NCBI GenBank assembly: GCA_943350175.1
Contig: CALQZX010000001.1
Coordinates: 97,702 to 161,701 of the forward strand
DNA from: Parcubacteria group bacterium
GTDB lineage: Bacteria > Patescibacteriota > Microgenomatia > UBA1400 > PJMF01
Direction: 5' to 3'
DNA length: 64,000 nt
Positions 28,002 to 37,701 of this stretch are shown piece by piece. Both the position numbers and the translations under genes were made by a program. The notes under the pieces are model-generated. The model had not been told where the DNA came from. It worked only from the letters and a program-made list of their open reading frames with translations, and ran no database searches. The first letter of the stretch is position 1, and each line of letters begins with the position of its first letter.

Positions 28002-29159
28002 ATGTTTACAGTAATTATGAAAAATTTTATTGCTGGTCAACATAGGACTATTAGGGCGAATACTGCTCTCGAATACCAGAGTTTTCTCCCAAATTTAATT
28101 AATAAGCCTTTTATTGCTAATAATCAATCAACTATAATTCTTCTTGAAGAAGCAACTCGTTTATTGGGAGAGTTAAATGCTTATTCCCGCTTAGTGCCAA
28201 ATATTGATTATTTCATTCAAATGCATGTGAAAAGTGAGGCTGTTAGTTCTTCTAAAATTGAAGGAACGCGCACTGAAATAGATGAGGCGCTACTGCCTGA
28301 AGAAGAAATCGACCCAGAGCGTCGCGATGATTGGCGAGAAGTGCACAATCATATTGAAGCTATGAATTGGTCTGTCTCTGAATTGAATAGACTACCAGTA
28401 TCTTTGCGTTTAATTAAAAAAACACACAAGCGACTGCTGAGTGGAGTGAGAGGCAATTACAAGATGCCTGGAGAAATTCGTACGAGTCAAAATTGGATTG
28501 GTGGATCGTCAATTCGTACAGCTCATTTTGTTCCTCCTGTGCCAGAAGAACTTGGAATTTTACTATCTGATTTTGAAAAATTTTGGCACAACACGGAATT
28601 AAATATTCCAGTTCTGATTAAAATTGCCATTATGCATTATCAATTTGAGACGATTCACCCATTTCTAGATGGAAATGGTCGCTTGGGTCGTTTGTTAATT
28701 ACTTTGCAGCTCATCGAACGACAGTTTTTATCTAAGCCAGTTCTATATATTTCTGATTATTTTGAAGAATATCGTCAATCTTATTATGAAACATTGGATT
28801 TTGTGCGCAAAACCAACGATTTGGAGAGTTGGGTGAGATTTTTTTTGGAAGGAATAGTGATGACCAGCAACAAGGGTAAACAAAAACTAGAAAATATTAT
28901 TGCTTTACGCGAACAATACGAATCTAAAATTGCTACCTTAGGACGTAGAGTGCCTACAGCAAGAAAGCTACTCATTCATCTTTTCTCTCAGCCCATTACT
29001 AACGTTAAGAATATCGCTGAAGTCCTCGATTTGAGTTTTAGAGCTGCCAATGATTTAGTTGACAGCATGACTAAAATTGATATTTTGCAGGAAAAAACAG
29101 GCTATTCTAGAAATCGTTTGTTTGAAATGAAGGCATATTTAATGTTGTTCAGAAGGTAA
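28002..29159 (+). CDS. Fic family protein (N-terminal DUF4172-like region, Fic, C-terminal wHTH)
   Basis: SSKIEG inhibitory motif, HPFLDGNGRLGR Fic motif. Confidence 0.93.
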   Translation: MFTVIMKNFIAGQHRTIRANTALEYQSFLPNLINKPFIANNQSTIILLEEATRLLGELNAYSRLVPNIDYFIQMHVKSEAVSSSKIEGTRTEIDEALLPEEEIDPERRDDWREVHNHIEAMNWSVSELNRLPVSLRLIKKTHKRLLSGVRGNYKMPGEIRTSQNWIGGSSIRTAHFVPPVPEELGILLSDFEKFWHNTELNIPVLIKIAIMHYQFETIHPFLDGNGRLGRLLITLQLIERQFLSKPVLYISDYFEEYRQSYYETLDFVRKTNDLESWVRFFLEGIVMTSNKGKQKLENIIALREQYESKIATLGRRVPTARKLLIHLFSQPITNVKNIAEVLDLSFRAANDLVDSMTKIDILQEKTGYSRNRLFEMKAYLMLFRR

Positions 29160-29161
29160 TT

Positions 29162-29782
29162 TTAATACCTAAACTTCCTAATCAATCCCACTACTCTGCC
29201 TTGAATCTGGACATTGGTGGCATAGATAGGACTCATACTGGAGTTAGCTGGTTCTAGACGAATACGCGTGACTTCTTTGTAGAATCTTTTCAAAGTAGCT
29301 AGTCCGTTGTCTAGTAAAGCCACCACAATGTCGCCATTACTAACTTCTGGAGTTTCTTCGATGACAACATAGTCGCCGTCATCAATGTGGTCTTCAATCA
29401 TGGATTTGCCACGAACTTGTAAGACATAGGCTCTCTTCTTGCCAGTAATCATTTCTGGAGAGACTTTGAAGCTAGCATTCGGGTCAGTGTGGGGTTCAAT
29501 TGGTGAACCAGCAGCGATAAAACCTAAGAAAGGCAAATCGACGCTATCGGTGATGTTGAGAAAAGTGCGATCAACTAATTCGATACCGCGCACTGCACCT
29601 TCGTGCTTACGAATGACCTTTTTACGTTCCAAAGCCTGCAGATGTTCATGAACAGTGGCGAGAGAAGAAACGCCAATCGATTCGGCTATTTCCTTGAGGG
29701 TTGGTGAATAGCCATTCTTCTGGACATATTGAGCGATGAAGTCGACAATTTGACGCTGTCTTTTGTATAAAGTGACTGCCAT
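29162..29782 (-). CDS. lexA: SOS repressor LexA
   Basis: wHTH (SPTLKEIA..ATVHEHL), IAAG cleavage site, GKSM Ser, TLKR Lys. Confidence 0.95.
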   Translation of the reverse strand: MAVTLYKRQRQIVDFIAQYVQKNGYSPTLKEIAESIGVSSLATVHEHLQALERKKVIRKHEGAVRGIELVDRTFLNITDSVDLPFLGFIAAGSPIEPHTDPNASFKVSPEMITGKKRAYVLQVRGKSMIEDHIDDGDYVVIEETPEVSNGDIVVALLDNGLATLKRFYKEVTRIRLEPANSSMSPIYATNVQIQGRVVGLIRKFRY

Positions 29783-29823
29783 AGACTGGTTCCTTTTCTC
29801 GTTAAAAGTAATTCAAATAAATA

Positions 29824-29850
29824 ACGAAGATTAACCATAAAATAAACGAA
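29824..29850 (-). promoter_or_regulatory. 11-bp-period direct repeat upstream of lexA (candidate LexA operator)
   Basis: Minus strand TTCGT-N6-TATGG-N6-TTCGT. Confidence 0.5.
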
Positions 29851-29918
29851 AAAAAGGCAAAGGTCAACGGGTAATTTTCGGTTTTTGGGAAAGAACTCAA
29901 GCGCTAGCCAATAGAATA

Positions 29919-31175
29919 CTAAGCAGCAGTCTGAGTTTCTCTATAAATTTCCATGAGACGATTGTATTTGACAACCCGTTCTCCCCTGTTGATTGGGCCA
30001 AATTTGACGTAGTTGGCACCCACAGCGACTGCTAGGTCAACGATGAGCGTTTCGTTGGTTTCACCGCTACTGTGAGAGATGACGAGATCCAACTTAGAAT
30101 CCTTGACCAGCTTAATACTTTCCATGGTTTCACTGATAGTGCCCAATTGTTTTGGTTTGATGACGACGGCGTTAAAATCTTGGTCTTTGATGCCTTTGCT
30201 GATCAGAGAAGCTCTTGAGGAAACGCTGTTGCAGGCTGCAATGGTGGTGGTTTTACCAATTTCACGGACCAATTCTTCCCACTTATTGGTTTCACTGTCC
30301 ACAAAAGGATCTTCAATGTAAATTAACTTATAGCTTTCTCGCATTTTTTTGTACAAATTAATCAAATCATTGGCATTCATACTTTCGTTGCTATCGCGAA
30401 CGCGATATTTAGAAGCTTCAAAAATATCATAGGCTGCAGCGTTGAGGCCAAAAAAAAGATCTTGAGCAAAATTGTAGGGGCTTTGTCTAATAGCCTCAAT
30501 CATCAGCTCAAAAGCATCGGTATTTTTGTAGAGATTTGGACTATAGCCACCTGTAATGCCGACCGAGTGAATAGCTCCTTTGGAAATTAATAAATCTTCT
30601 ATTTTTTGTTTAAGGACCACGGCCATTTCAATTGATTTATCAATCGACATGTGACTGGCTGGAATAATGAAGAATTCACGGAAGTCTAAATTTTTGCCGC
30701 CATGAGCACCACCGTCCAAGGCAGTGATAATGCAGTTTGGCATGCTAATTTCACTCACGAGCTGGTATTTTTTCTGGATGTATTGGTATAAAGGCAAGCC
30801 GACGCTTAAAGCTCCAGCTTTTAGCACTGCTTGCGAGACTGCTAAAATAGCGTTAGCACCAAGCTTTTTTTTATTGGGAGTGCCATCCAAATTAATCAAA
30901 AGTTGATCAATGTCTCTTTGCTTGAGCACGTCCTTGCCTACCAATTGAGGGGCGATAATTTGATTGATGTTGTCGATGGCTTTTGATACGCCAAGGCCAC
31001 CCATTCTTTGATCCCCATCACGCAGTTCAAAGGAGTCGTGGCTTTTTTGAGAAATGGTAGTTGGAACAGTGGTGATTACTGAAAAACCATTATCTAGCCA
31101 CAAGATAAGTTCAATCGTTGGCCAACCACGACCATCAAGAATTTCTCGAGCCTGCAAAGCATAAATTAAAGCCAT
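29919..31175 (-). CDS. Enolase-like protein, full length but active site degenerate
   Basis: REILDGRGWPT, LGANAILAVS, YIEDP, KYNRL present; GAST, GDEGG, GDDL and SHRS substituted. Confidence 0.9.
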   Translation of the reverse strand: MALIYALQAREILDGRGWPTIELILWLDNGFSVITTVPTTISQKSHDSFELRDGDQRMGGLGVSKAIDNINQIIAPQLVGKDVLKQRDIDQLLINLDGTPNKKKLGANAILAVSQAVLKAGALSVGLPLYQYIQKKYQLVSEISMPNCIITALDGGAHGGKNLDFREFFIIPASHMSIDKSIEMAVVLKQKIEDLLISKGAIHSVGITGGYSPNLYKNTDAFELMIEAIRQSPYNFAQDLFFGLNAAAYDIFEASKYRVRDSNESMNANDLINLYKKMRESYKLIYIEDPFVDSETNKWEELVREIGKTTTIAACNSVSSRASLISKGIKDQDFNAVVIKPKQLGTISETMESIKLVKDSKLDLVISHSSGETNETLIVDLAVAVGANYVKFGPINRGERVVKYNRLMEIYRETQTAA

Positions 31176-31199
31176 AACTAAAGTATAGAGAATTGCCGT

Positions 31200-32282
31200 C
31201 TACTTTTCTAGCTCTGCTTTAAACCAATCCACCATTGGAATTGGGCACGGATCCATACCTTCCAAATAAGCCAAATAAAGATTGGTGAAAGTGTTGAGAG
31301 TGAGCAATTCAAAGGCCTGCATTAGCTTGGTTTCAGAAACAAGATGGATTATTAGGCTTTCGAGACCAGCTTTTTCCACAGCTTTTTGAGTCAAATCTAT
31401 GCGTTTTTGAATTTCACTGCGGTATAGATTGGATTGAAAAAAGACAAAGAAATGGTTGAGAGCATTGCTTTTTGGAAAAGTTAAGCCTTCCAACAAGTGG
31501 TGATTGATCTCTGGAATAATTTTGTAATCGCCATAAATCTTGGAGTTTTCATTGAGTTGATTGGCGCCGATGTGCAGAGCACCTTCTAGGAAAGAGGCGC
31601 CAACTAAGATTGGTCTTCTCTCCAAGAACATGTAGGCCAAAAGCTTGGCTTGGTTTTTGTCCTGAGCGACTTCGATGACGCAGTTTTGAGTGGTTTTTTC
31701 GATGGCAAAAATTACTTGATCAAAATCTTCTTCATCAAATTTAATCAAACCTAATTTTTTGAGCATGACGATGATCGCCATGATGTTGTAGGCAGTGGCC
31801 ATGCGTGGTTGATTGGATGGATTGAACTTTGGATTAATGAAGTAACTTGGATAGTTTTTTTCTTTTGCCAATTGTCCAAGCTTTCCACCAGAGGCAATGA
31901 CGGCAATCATCGCGCCTTTTTTATTAGCTTCTGCTGCGCAATTTAAAGTTTCTTCAGTACTGCCGGAGTAGCTACTTAAGATGACAAAAGTGTTTTGGCC
32001 AACATAATTTGGCAACTCGTAATCTTTGCAAATTTCCAAGGAGACTGGCAATTCTTCTTTGTAAAGATTTCTCACCAAATCAGCGCCAAGGGCTGAACCA
32101 CCCATACCAGCAACAACAATGTTTTGGATATTTTTGTAGGCACTGACGTCAATCTGATCTTGTTCTTCCCAGACTTGTCTGACTTGATCAGTGATGCTCT
32201 CTGCCGAGGCTAGAGCGCCATCAGGATCAATTTCTTTAATTTTGCTGCGATCATCTAAGATTGCGGTAAGTGACATAAACAT
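31200..32282 (-). CDS. Bifunctional phosphoglucose/phosphomannose isomerase (SIS domain)
   Basis: GMGGSAL, SSYSGSTEETL, QPRMA, QLNENSK, PEINHH. Confidence 0.9.
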   Translation of the reverse strand: MFMSLTAILDDRSKIKEIDPDGALASAESITDQVRQVWEEQDQIDVSAYKNIQNIVVAGMGGSALGADLVRNLYKEELPVSLEICKDYELPNYVGQNTFVILSSYSGSTEETLNCAAEANKKGAMIAVIASGGKLGQLAKEKNYPSYFINPKFNPSNQPRMATAYNIMAIIVMLKKLGLIKFDEEDFDQVIFAIEKTTQNCVIEVAQDKNQAKLLAYMFLERRPILVGASFLEGALHIGANQLNENSKIYGDYKIIPEINHHLLEGLTFPKSNALNHFFVFFQSNLYRSEIQKRIDLTQKAVEKAGLESLIIHLVSETKLMQAFELLTLNTFTNLYLAYLEGMDPCPIPMVDWFKAELEK

Positions 32283-32336
32283 TCGTAATTTAACCTTCCT
32301 CGTCAGATTAAATTACTCCTTTCTTTATAATATTTG

Positions 32337-33758
32337 TTAATCTAAAGCGTGAGTATTAGTGCCTTTTTCTAAGTCAATTTCTGAATATTTACTCAAAATA
32401 CCTTTGATAGTTTTTTTAAGAGATTCGTAGTCAGCTTGTGTTTTGGCCTCGAACTTTACAGTGGCGTATGGGCCATTTTGTGAAGCACGAATGATGGCCA
32501 TTTGATCTGGCAGATCCATTCTAATACCATCGATATCGATGTACTCTGCTGTTGGCCAGTTCTTCTTAAATTCAGCGGTGATGACTTCGGCAATAAACTT
32601 GAATTTTATATTATCTGCCAGGCCAAATTTAATTTCTGGACTACTGATGTATTTTGGTAATTTCTCCACCAATTGACTCAAAGTTTGGTCTTTTCTCTCT
32701 AGGTAAGATAAGAGACGCAAACAAGCGTAGGCGCCATCATCATGTCCGAAGAAATTGTCCATAAAGAAAATGTGGCCAGAAAGTTCGCCACCAAAAGGAG
32801 AGCGGGCTTCTTTGACTTTGGCTTTGATGAAAGAATGGCCGGTTAGCCACATCACTGGTTTGCCGCCAGCAGCAACGATGCTTTCGGTAACTTGTCTGGA
32901 ACAAAGGGTGTTGTAGACAATTGGAGCACCTGGCATAGTTTCGAGAACATCCTTGGCAAACAGCGCGACGATAACATCCATCCAGAGGATTTGACCCTTA
33001 TCATCGACCACTGACATGCGGTCGCCATCGGCATCAAAAGCAAAACCAAGATCAGCGCCATGTTCTTTGACGCCAATAGCCAGGCGTTCAAGAACTTTGC
33101 TCTCGGTTGGATCTGGATCGCCTAGTGGATAGCTGCTATCAAGATTGGTATTTTGCTCGATGATAGTGCAACCAGCTTCTCTAAAGATTCTTGGATAAAA
33201 CATGCCACCGGTGGCGTTACAGGTATCAATAACTATTTTCCAATTTTTCTTGAGTGAAAATAATTTTAATAAAGTTTGTAAATAAGCCGGGAAAAGATCG
33301 TCGCTTCGATTGCTGCCGTGACCTTCACTGAAAATACCTTTGGCAGCGATGTTACGCATCTCGATAATTTCTTCAGAAACCATAGTGTCAGAATAACCGA
33401 CGCTCAATTTCAAACCGTTGTAGTTGCCTGGATTGTGAGAGGCAGAAATCATCACTCCACCCTTGGTTTTATATTCATAAGAGGAATAATAGACGATTTG
33501 ACTCATGCTAAGGCCAATATTGATGGTATCGATTCCGCCATCATTGAGACCAGCGGTGACTGCTTTGGCGTAGGATTCGCCATTGCGGCGATTATCTCGG
33601 CCAACAGCAGCTTCTTTGATTCTTCTGGCAGCGAGAAAAGTAGCGTAAGCGCGACCGAGAGTGTAATAAACATCGTCATTAAGATCTTCGTCAATAACGC
33701 CACGAATATCGTATCCACGGAAGATATTTGGGTTAATGTTTTTAACGATGTTGTGCAT
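32337..33758 (-). CDS. Phosphomannomutase/phosphoglucomutase
   Basis: FRGYDIRG, SASHNP, FDADGDR, GELSGH. Confidence 0.95.
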   Translation of the reverse strand: MHNIVKNINPNIFRGYDIRGVIDEDLNDDVYYTLGRAYATFLAARRIKEAAVGRDNRRNGESYAKAVTAGLNDGGIDTINIGLSMSQIVYYSSYEYKTKGGVMISASHNPGNYNGLKLSVGYSDTMVSEEIIEMRNIAAKGIFSEGHGSNRSDDLFPAYLQTLLKLFSLKKNWKIVIDTCNATGGMFYPRIFREAGCTIIEQNTNLDSSYPLGDPDPTESKVLERLAIGVKEHGADLGFAFDADGDRMSVVDDKGQILWMDVIVALFAKDVLETMPGAPIVYNTLCSRQVTESIVAAGGKPVMWLTGHSFIKAKVKEARSPFGGELSGHIFFMDNFFGHDDGAYACLRLLSYLERKDQTLSQLVEKLPKYISSPEIKFGLADNIKFKFIAEVITAEFKKNWPTAEYIDIDGIRMDLPDQMAIIRASQNGPYATVKFEAKTQADYESLKKTIKGILSKYSEIDLEKGTNTHALD

Positions 33759-33799
33759 AATTGTTTCCTTTCAATGCTAGTTAGACTAGCTACGCTAAT

Positions 33800-34486
33800 C
33801 TACATATTAAGTAGTAAAAGGTCAAGTTCAGCTGCCAGGCTCAGCAGACTGGCAGATTGTTTTTGTTTCTGATCGATTTGATAAAGCTGCTGGTGGATTT
33901 GGAGGAGTTTTTCTAGAGTAAATTCTCTAGCCTGTGATCTGAGTTTGCTCAGCATGAAAGGAGCCATTTTAAGTGTTTGTTCTTCTTTGACTTGAATCAG
34001 CATTCTGATTTGGCGCAGAATCATCAAAAAAACAAATTCAGCTCCATCGCTCTCCACACTTTCTTTGAGAAGTTTAAGTATGGCATTTTTATTTTTTGGA
34101 TTAGTGCTTAGGTGGTCCAAAAGTGACCATAATTTAACGGTAATTTTGAATTCAAAAACGGGAGCTGTGCTTGGCAATTTTTTGAAATCAGTTTTAGTGA
34201 GGAGTTTTTTTTCCCAAAGAATTATGTCAATTGATGCGGATGATATTAGATCTATAAATTCGTCTTTTTTCTTTGATTTGGGTAATGAATGTAAGCACTC
34301 AATAACCAGGATTTTTGAGCCGCCAAAGAGACTGTCGCTAAGCAGAGTTGATTCTAATTTAGCACGATCCATTTTTTCAGCTTCTAAGCTGACGATCTCT
34401 TGATTTTGTTTTTTGGCTTCACTGACAAGCTCACTTAATTTTTTTCTGGAAGCAACTTGATTTTCACCGTGAATGATTTTTAGCAT
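33800..34486 (-). CDS. holA: DNA polymerase III delta subunit-like (short form)
   Basis: IIHGEN, SLFG..K, ILRQIR.LI, PF...K, D...K C-terminal pattern; only 228 aa. Confidence 0.7.
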   Translation of the reverse strand: MLKIIHGENQVASRKKLSELVSEAKKQNQEIVSLEAEKMDRAKLESTLLSDSLFGGSKILVIECLHSLPKSKKKDEFIDLISSASIDIILWEKKLLTKTDFKKLPSTAPVFEFKITVKLWSLLDHLSTNPKNKNAILKLLKESVESDGAEFVFLMILRQIRMLIQVKEEQTLKMAPFMLSKLRSQAREFTLEKLLQIHQQLYQIDQKQKQSASLLSLAAELDLLLLNM

Positions 34487-34510
34487 GTTTCCATTTTTAT
34501 TTATGATAAG

Positions 34511-34664
34511 AACAATACGCTTTAAGAAGTCCGTAGAAGGCGCTGCAAACTAATTTAATTTAAATAGTTTGTTTTGAATCAGCGACTTCTTCGAGGTTAA
34601 AGAAGATTAATGGCTAATTTAAGCAATAATTTTAGTTAACCGTGACTTATTAAAGTGTGATGTT
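34511..34664. repeat. Intergenic element with imperfect ~24-bp terminal inverted repeats and internal hairpins
   Basis: AACAATACGCTTTAAGAAGTC-CG versus reverse complement of the right end AACATCACACTTTAATAAGTCACG. Confidence 0.5.
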
Positions 34665-34668
34665 TGGT

Positions 34669-35325
34669 TTAATTATAGCGTTTTTTACGCAATTGACCTT
34701 TGTGAATTAAATATTCACTGTCGTATTTTTTGACGATTTCCCAGAACTTCTTGGAGTGATTCATTTCCAGGCGATGAGTTAATTCATGAATAATCACGTA
34801 ATCAATAATGGCCGGAGAGTAATGGACTAAGCGCCAATTAAAGTTCAGATTGCCATAAGAACTGCAACTTCCCCAACGACTGCTCTGCTCTTTGAGTGAA
34901 ATTCTTTTGTAGCTAATTTCCATTTTTTTTGCCAACTCTTGAGTTCTGGTTGATATATATTTTGAAGCTGTTTTCTTGAGGAATTCTTCGATTTGTTGCT
35001 GGATTTTGGCGGCTGTTTTGATTGACAGATTATTGACATGAATCTGACCATCTTTGACCGCCACCCCCATTTTGTCAGCAGCACTATTAATGACAACTTG
35101 GTATTTTTTGTCAAAAATATAGAGCTCGTCTGTTTTGACTTGGACTTGGTTTTTTTTGACTTTGGCTAGATTGTTTTCAATCCAATCCTTTTGACCTTCG
35201 ACAAATTTGCGAATTATGAATTCAGGAATCAACTTTGGAGCACTTACAATCACTTCTGCTTTGGCATTGATGCTAATGCGCAGCGACAGGGATTTACTTG
35301 ATCTTTTGATTTGGTAATTAATCAT
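34669..35325 (-). CDS. YgjP/DUF45 (M48-like) metal-dependent hydrolase
   Basis: RWGSCS, LNFNWRL, DYVIIHELTH, NHSKKFW. Confidence 0.92.
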   Translation of the reverse strand: MINYQIKRSSKSLSLRISINAKAEVIVSAPKLIPEFIIRKFVEGQKDWIENNLAKVKKNQVQVKTDELYIFDKKYQVVINSAADKMGVAVKDGQIHVNNLSIKTAAKIQQQIEEFLKKTASKYISTRTQELAKKMEISYKRISLKEQSSRWGSCSSYGNLNFNWRLVHYSPAIIDYVIIHELTHRLEMNHSKKFWEIVKKYDSEYLIHKGQLRKKRYN

Positions 35326-35332
35326 TGTCTGG

Positions 35333-35597
35333 TTCGCTTTGCATCTTTGACCGAGCTCCAGCGAGGGAATGTCCGAAGTGGAGGCGGAGGACGCACATCA
35401 TTATAAATATAAGGTCCGAAATTCGCTTTGCATCTTTCGTACCAGCTGCTTTTTGCTTCAGCATCATCTTTCTTGCGAAAGCTGTTGCTGGGGTCCGAAA
35501 TTCGCTTTGCATCTTTCGTACCGCTTGGTCCGAAATTCGCTTTGCATCTTTCGTACCAGCTGCTTTTTGCTTACTGCAAAAAGACAGGGTCCGAAAT
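35333..35597. repeat. Cluster of 31-bp hairpin repeats (REP/BIME-like)
   Basis: GGTCCGAAATTCGCTTTGCATCTTTCGTACC at 35413, 35492 and 35527; partial copies at 35333 and 35588. Confidence 0.85.
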
Positions 35598-35614
35598 ATA
35601 ATACCACCTAATAA

Positions 35615-35695
35615 GCCCGGGTGGCGAAATGGTAGACGCGCATGTTTTAGGAGCATGTGGAGCAATCTATGGAGGTTCAAGTCCTCTCCCGGGCA
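35615..35695 (+). tRNA. tRNA-Leu(TAG)
   Basis: CATGT-TTTAGGA-GCATG anticodon arm, long variable arm. Confidence 0.95.
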
Positions 35696-35715
35696 CAAGA
35701 AGAGATATCAATGAT

Positions 35716-36225
35716 ATGAAAAAACGAATATATAAAAAATGGATTTATTTCTTAATTTTGCTATTCGTAGCAGGTTTTTTATTTCTAAGCAAGCTTGATA
35801 CTACGATACCCACAGTTAAATTGAAATTTGTGTCACGTGACCCGTTAAAAGAACAGCAACTAGAATATTCATACTCATATCAAGGTGACGACTTGATGAG
35901 AGGTAATAAATTTGGTGGTTATGGTTATTCGGAAATTAAAACTGCCATAACAGGTCAGATTGTTGAAATTCCAACAAAAAGAATTATTAGTTACTGGCCA
36001 TTTTCTAAATTTACCTATTTATTGATTAACGGTGATCAAATCGAGACATCTCAAGGATATTGTTCTTGGGCGGCAAGTATATGGGCTGATAAGCATAAAT
36101 CTTTACTAGATCAAGACAATAAAATTAAAGAAAATGTTGGAAGGCATCTTTATCTTATCAACACTAGTAGTGAATTTATTTTTGATAATGTGAAAGATAA
36201 AGTTATCGAGGTTAAGTGTCTATAA
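35716..36225 (+). CDS. Hypothetical membrane-anchored protein
   Basis: MKKRIYKKWIYFLILLFVAGFLFL N-terminal anchor; ATG 35716. Confidence 0.6.
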   Translation: MKKRIYKKWIYFLILLFVAGFLFLSKLDTTIPTVKLKFVSRDPLKEQQLEYSYSYQGDDLMRGNKFGGYGYSEIKTAITGQIVEIPTKRIISYWPFSKFTYLLINGDQIETSQGYCSWAASIWADKHKSLLDQDNKIKENVGRHLYLINTSSEFIFDNVKDKVIEVKCL

Positions 36226-36330
36226 GAGTTTGTAGCGTTTAATCTTCTGAAAAAATGAACATGGTGTTTGGAAGATAAATTTAGAAATGGTTCGAAATTA
36301 AAATTATCTTCACACTAAAAGAGACAGCAC

Positions 36331-37203
36331 TGTTATTAGGCGTGTAAATAGATTGATGTAGATTTTAAAACCTGAATAAGTCGCGATACATATTGCACTC
36401 CTAACAAGTAGTTCTATGTCTTCAGATATTCCCTCATTAAGATATGTATTGTCCAATTTTCATCATGGGTATACTGCCATTTCGTCTCCATGTATTGGAG
36501 AATGATAAGGAGTATGGAGTGCAATCAACGCTCTCTGCTTTTGGGGTAAGCAGAAAAACATACTTTTACTGGCAATTACCCTCATGCAATCACGGGGGAG
36601 AATTGCCTCTCTTGTTCCCTTGAGTACTCGTCCTCATCACACTTGTCGTATGGTGATTGATAAGCTATTGCTTGCCTTCATTAAATTTATTCAAGAAACC
36701 TACGTTAGGATTGGGAAAGAAAAATTAGTGATTCTGGTCTCTGCCTATGCCAAATCACTGGGTGTTGGTGAGTATGGCGCTTCCAAGATGGGTGCGATCA
36801 TCACGAGCAACCACTACTTCTTTGATCCTCCCAAAAAAAGGAGGCAACCAACCTTTTTCAAATCAAGAGTAAGGAGGGTGGAAAAAGATATTGCGCCAGG
36901 ATACGTTGAGTAAGAGTTCTTCTTAAATTTTCATGAATATTTGGAAAAAGAAAATATTAAACACCAATTTACTTATCCAAGATCACCAAAGATTAATGGC
37001 GTGGTTGAAAGATTCAATGAAACCATTCAAGAAGAGTTTCTTCAAAGAAATGATGAGATCTACTTTGACTTAGAAGGATTTGAGGGTAAACTAACAAAGT
37101 ATTTAGATTGGTACAACACCAAACGACCACACATGGCACTTAATTATTTATCTCCAATGCAATTTATTCAAAGGAGTATTCCGGAAAGTATGTGCCTATA
37201 ACA
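36331..37203 (+). mobile_element. Degenerate IS481/IS3-superfamily insertion sequence
   Basis: Ends TGTTATTAGGC...GCCTATAACA; fragmented integrase core SPKINGVVERFN..IQEEF..WYN..RPH.AL..LSP. Confidence 0.75.
36584..37201 (+). pseudogene. Transposase fragments with frameshifts/deletion
   Basis: STRPH, RIGKEKL N-terminal fragment; stop at 36913; separate C-terminal rve fragment; first catalytic Asp region missing. Confidence 0.75.
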
Positions 37204-37209
37204 TAAACC

Positions 37210-37240
37210 TTGACACTATATAGTTTATGTGCTAAACTAT
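37210..37240 (+). promoter_or_regulatory. Sigma70 promoter with overlapping palindromic MarR operator
   Basis: TTGACA-17-TAAACT; ATAGTTTA-tgtgc-TAAACTAT at 37220-37240. Confidence 0.75.
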
Positions 37241-37265
37241 TCACATAATAAACAATATTTATATT

Positions 37266-37700
37266 ATGAATAATATCAACACAAAATTACTATCTGAATT
37301 TTTAAGCAAAGCAGTTAAAGTCCGCAGATTGATCGAACAGACGAGTTCGTTTGAAGATAAGGCGATCACACTACTTCAAGTTCAAGCACTTACTTACATT
37401 CACACCCATCCCAAAACTCCCGTAGGTTCACTAGCGGATGAGCTATCTATGTCACTGTCAGCAGTAGCGCAGCTTACCAATCGCCTAGCTGATGCAGGTT
37501 ATATTCAAAGAGAAGATAGCTTAACAGATCGCAGGATAATATGTCTTTCCATTACTCAGGAAGGTGCAAGGCAAATGGCAGTCTTTAAAAAACAATTAGA
37601 GAAAAATCATTTTAAAGTTTTATCAGCGATTCCGGAAAATGATCTTAAGGAATTAGTCCGCATATTTACCAACATTTTAGAGGTTCAAAACCAAGAATAA
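37266..37700 (+). CDS. MarR family transcriptional regulator
   Basis: LADELSMSLSAVAQLTNRL, DRR..LSITQEG. Confidence 0.92.
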   Translation: MNNINTKLLSEFLSKAVKVRRLIEQTSSFEDKAITLLQVQALTYIHTHPKTPVGSLADELSMSLSAVAQLTNRLADAGYIQREDSLTDRRIICLSITQEGARQMAVFKKQLEKNHFKVLSAIPENDLKELVRIFTNILEVQNQE

Positions 37701-37701
37701 T

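Noticed and set aside
35333-35597. CRISPR array
   Set aside because: Spacers are 48, 4 and 30 nt, partly repeat each other and form hairpins; no cas genes in the window.
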